Below are positions 54,314 to 55,528 of a DNA stretch of 55,528 nt, piece after piece (position 1 is the stretch's first letter; the number at the start of each line of letters is the position of its first letter). The stretch comes from Oscillospiraceae bacterium (GTDB lineage: Bacteria; Bacillota; Clostridia; Oscillospirales; Ruminococcaceae), in NCBI GenBank assembly GCA_036667055.1, contig JAVWUR010000002.1, positions 1-55,528 of the forward strand. The letters run 5' to 3'. The notes below the pieces were generated by a model. The model was not told where the DNA came from. It worked only from the letters and a program-made list of their open reading frames with translations, and did no database searches. The position numbers and the translations under genes are program-made.

Positions 54314-55309
54314 TTACAAATCTATCAATTCATCCTCGCCAAAATCCCGCTTTGCCGTGGTGCCGATTACATCGTACCAGCGCATAGGGCTTATGCCGGT
54401 GCCGGGGCGCTTTACCGTCAAATTACAGGCGGTTAATGTCTCCCCTTTTTTTATTGCCACCCTTGCCACGATACTTTTTCTTGCCACATCCTTGTTTTTT
54501 GCCTCCGACTGAGACACAGTTTTAATGCCGCTACCCAAAACCAGCTCCGTCTCCCGTATAGCTTTTACCAGTTGGCACAGCTCTTGAGGGTTCATGGAGG
54601 CTGCGTGATCGGGGCCTTCCATATTTTTATCCAAGGTGAAGTGCTTTTCTATGATGGTAGCTCCAAGGCTCACCGCCGCAAGAGGTGCAGCTAAGCCCAG
54701 TGTGTGGTCGGAATATCCAATTTTAGTGCCAAAATTACGCTGTAAATCAAGCATAGCACGAACATTTGCATCCTTTAAAGGGGTGGGATATTCTGTGTTG
54801 CAGTGGAGAATAGTCACATCGTCAGCGCCGTTTTTATACAGAACCTCCAGTGCCTCCTTAACCTCAAAAATCTCGCACATACCAGTGGACATAAGCAGGG
54901 GCTTTTTAAGCTGGGCTACCCTTTCAAGATAGGGCAAATTGGTGGTTTCCCCCGAGGGTATCTTCCACACAGGCATATCCAAGCTCTTTAAAAACTCGAT
55001 AGAGTCCATATCAAAGGGGGTGGAGAGATACATTATCCCAATTTTATCGCAGTATTCCTTTAGTTCTTTATGGGCGGCAAAGCCAAAATGAATTTTCTTT
55101 ACCATCTCAAGCTGACTTTCTCCGCCGCCGGTTGCCTCCTTTTGGTACTCTGCTTTGGGGGCAAAACGGCTTATGACAAGCTCCGGCACGGCAGTTTGAT
55201 ATTTAACAATATCCGCCCCTGCCTCCTTTGCCACATCCGCCATTTTTTTTGCAAGCTCCAACGAACCGTTATGGTTGACCCCTGCCTCCGCAATTATTAA
55301 AACTGACAT
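54314..55309 (-). CDS. nonulosonic acid synthase, NeuB family (sialic / legionaminic / pseudaminic acid synthase; specificity not resolved)
   Basis: 331 aa. VLIIAEAGVNHNGSLELAKKM N-terminus, SDHT block, C-terminal SAF domain (LTVKRPGTGISP). Confidence 0.85.
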   Translation of the reverse strand: MSVLIIAEAGVNHNGSLELAKKMADVAKEAGADIVKYQTAVPELVISRFAPKAEYQKEATGGGESQLEMVKKIHFGFAAHKELKEYCDKIGIMYLSTPFDMDSIEFLKSLDMPVWKIPSGETTNLPYLERVAQLKKPLLMSTGMCEIFEVKEALEVLYKNGADDVTILHCNTEYPTPLKDANVRAMLDLQRNFGTKIGYSDHTLGLAAPLAAVSLGATIIEKHFTLDKNMEGPDHAASMNPQELCQLVKAIRETELVLGSGIKTVSQSEAKNKDVARKSIVARVAIKKGETLTACNLTVKRPGTGISPMRWYDVIGTTAKRDFGEDELIDL

Positions 55310-55362
55310 ATATTTTACCTCTATCCACTATTCTGTGTTTATTTTTTCCATTCACTATTAGG

Positions 55363-55528
55363 TTATTTCTGTTCCAAGCGCCGCCGCATAGCTTCCAATT
55401 CCTCTAGCTGTCCCATGTCCATCCAGCTATTTTCGCTCACTGGGTAGACCCCAACCTTTTCGCCCTTGGCACGGCAGAGGTCGATAATCTCAGGAAAAGA
55501 GATAACCTTGTCCTCCTCTAAATCCTCA
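55363..55528 (-). CDS. 3' end of a gene truncated by the window edge; probable sugar-phosphate nucleotidyltransferase C-terminus
   Basis: Open frame to the window edge, reading ...EDLEEDKVISFPEIIDLCRAKGEKVGVYPVSENSWMDMGQLEELEAMRRRLEQK, with stop at 55363-55365. The VYPV..SWxDxG block resembles nucleotidyltransferase C-termini. Lies 53 nt upstream of the NeuB-family gene. Confidence 0.45.
   Translation of the reverse strand, partial: EDLEEDKVISFPEIIDLCRAKGEKVGVYPVSENSWMDMGQLEELEAMRRRLEQK

Noticed and set aside
1-55528. Mobile element, prophage or defence island
   Set aside because: There is no integrase, transposase, recombinase, tRNA attachment site, terminal inverted repeat or phage structural gene. 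Defence-flavoured domains (NERD-like, PHP, HIRAN-like, pentapeptide) are scattered singly among housekeeping genes rather than clustered.

Overview
This is a 55.5-kb chromosomal segment that reads like a Clostridia-type Firmicute. It has AT-rich intergenic DNA, GGAGG-type ribosome-binding sites, extended -10 (TGnTAnnnT) promoters and hairpin-plus-T-run terminators. I support about 48 protein-coding genes. I found no rRNA, tRNA, CRISPR array, transposase or integrase. Housekeeping genes (ispE, trmB, rsmE, dinB, an alaX-like gene, sppA, galM, tctCBA) flank a central stretch of about 29 kb (roughly 5.6-34 kb) that is unusually dense in c-di-GMP signalling. That stretch encodes an HD-GYP phosphodiesterase, a 1464-aa PAS/GGDEF/GAF/EAL protein, a REC-GGDEF*-EAL-PAS-GGDEF response regulator translationally coupled to a hybrid histidine kinase, and a PAS-GGDEF cyclase. 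These are interleaved with envelope-glycan genes: a GT2, a Wzx-type flippase, an MBOAT acyltransferase and a 1000-aa fused double GT-C glycosyltransferase. The best candidate for an undescribed system is this signalling/glycan locus. One dual-SBP periplasmic sensor module occurs twice, wired once to a kinase and once to a cyclase. An MBOAT gene is co-transcribed with the c-di-GMP megaprotein. The GT-C gene is preceded by a roughly 255-nt structured, terminator-bearing leader that I cannot assign to a known riboswitch class. A second recurring signal is a set of four unrelated short tandem-repeat arrays (8-, 12-, 38/39- and 15-nt units) in intergenic transcribed positions. Three of them lie between a stop codon and its terminator. 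The right edge of the window enters a nonulosonic-acid (NeuB-type) sugar cluster. All functional calls come from motif recognition by eye; no database search was run.
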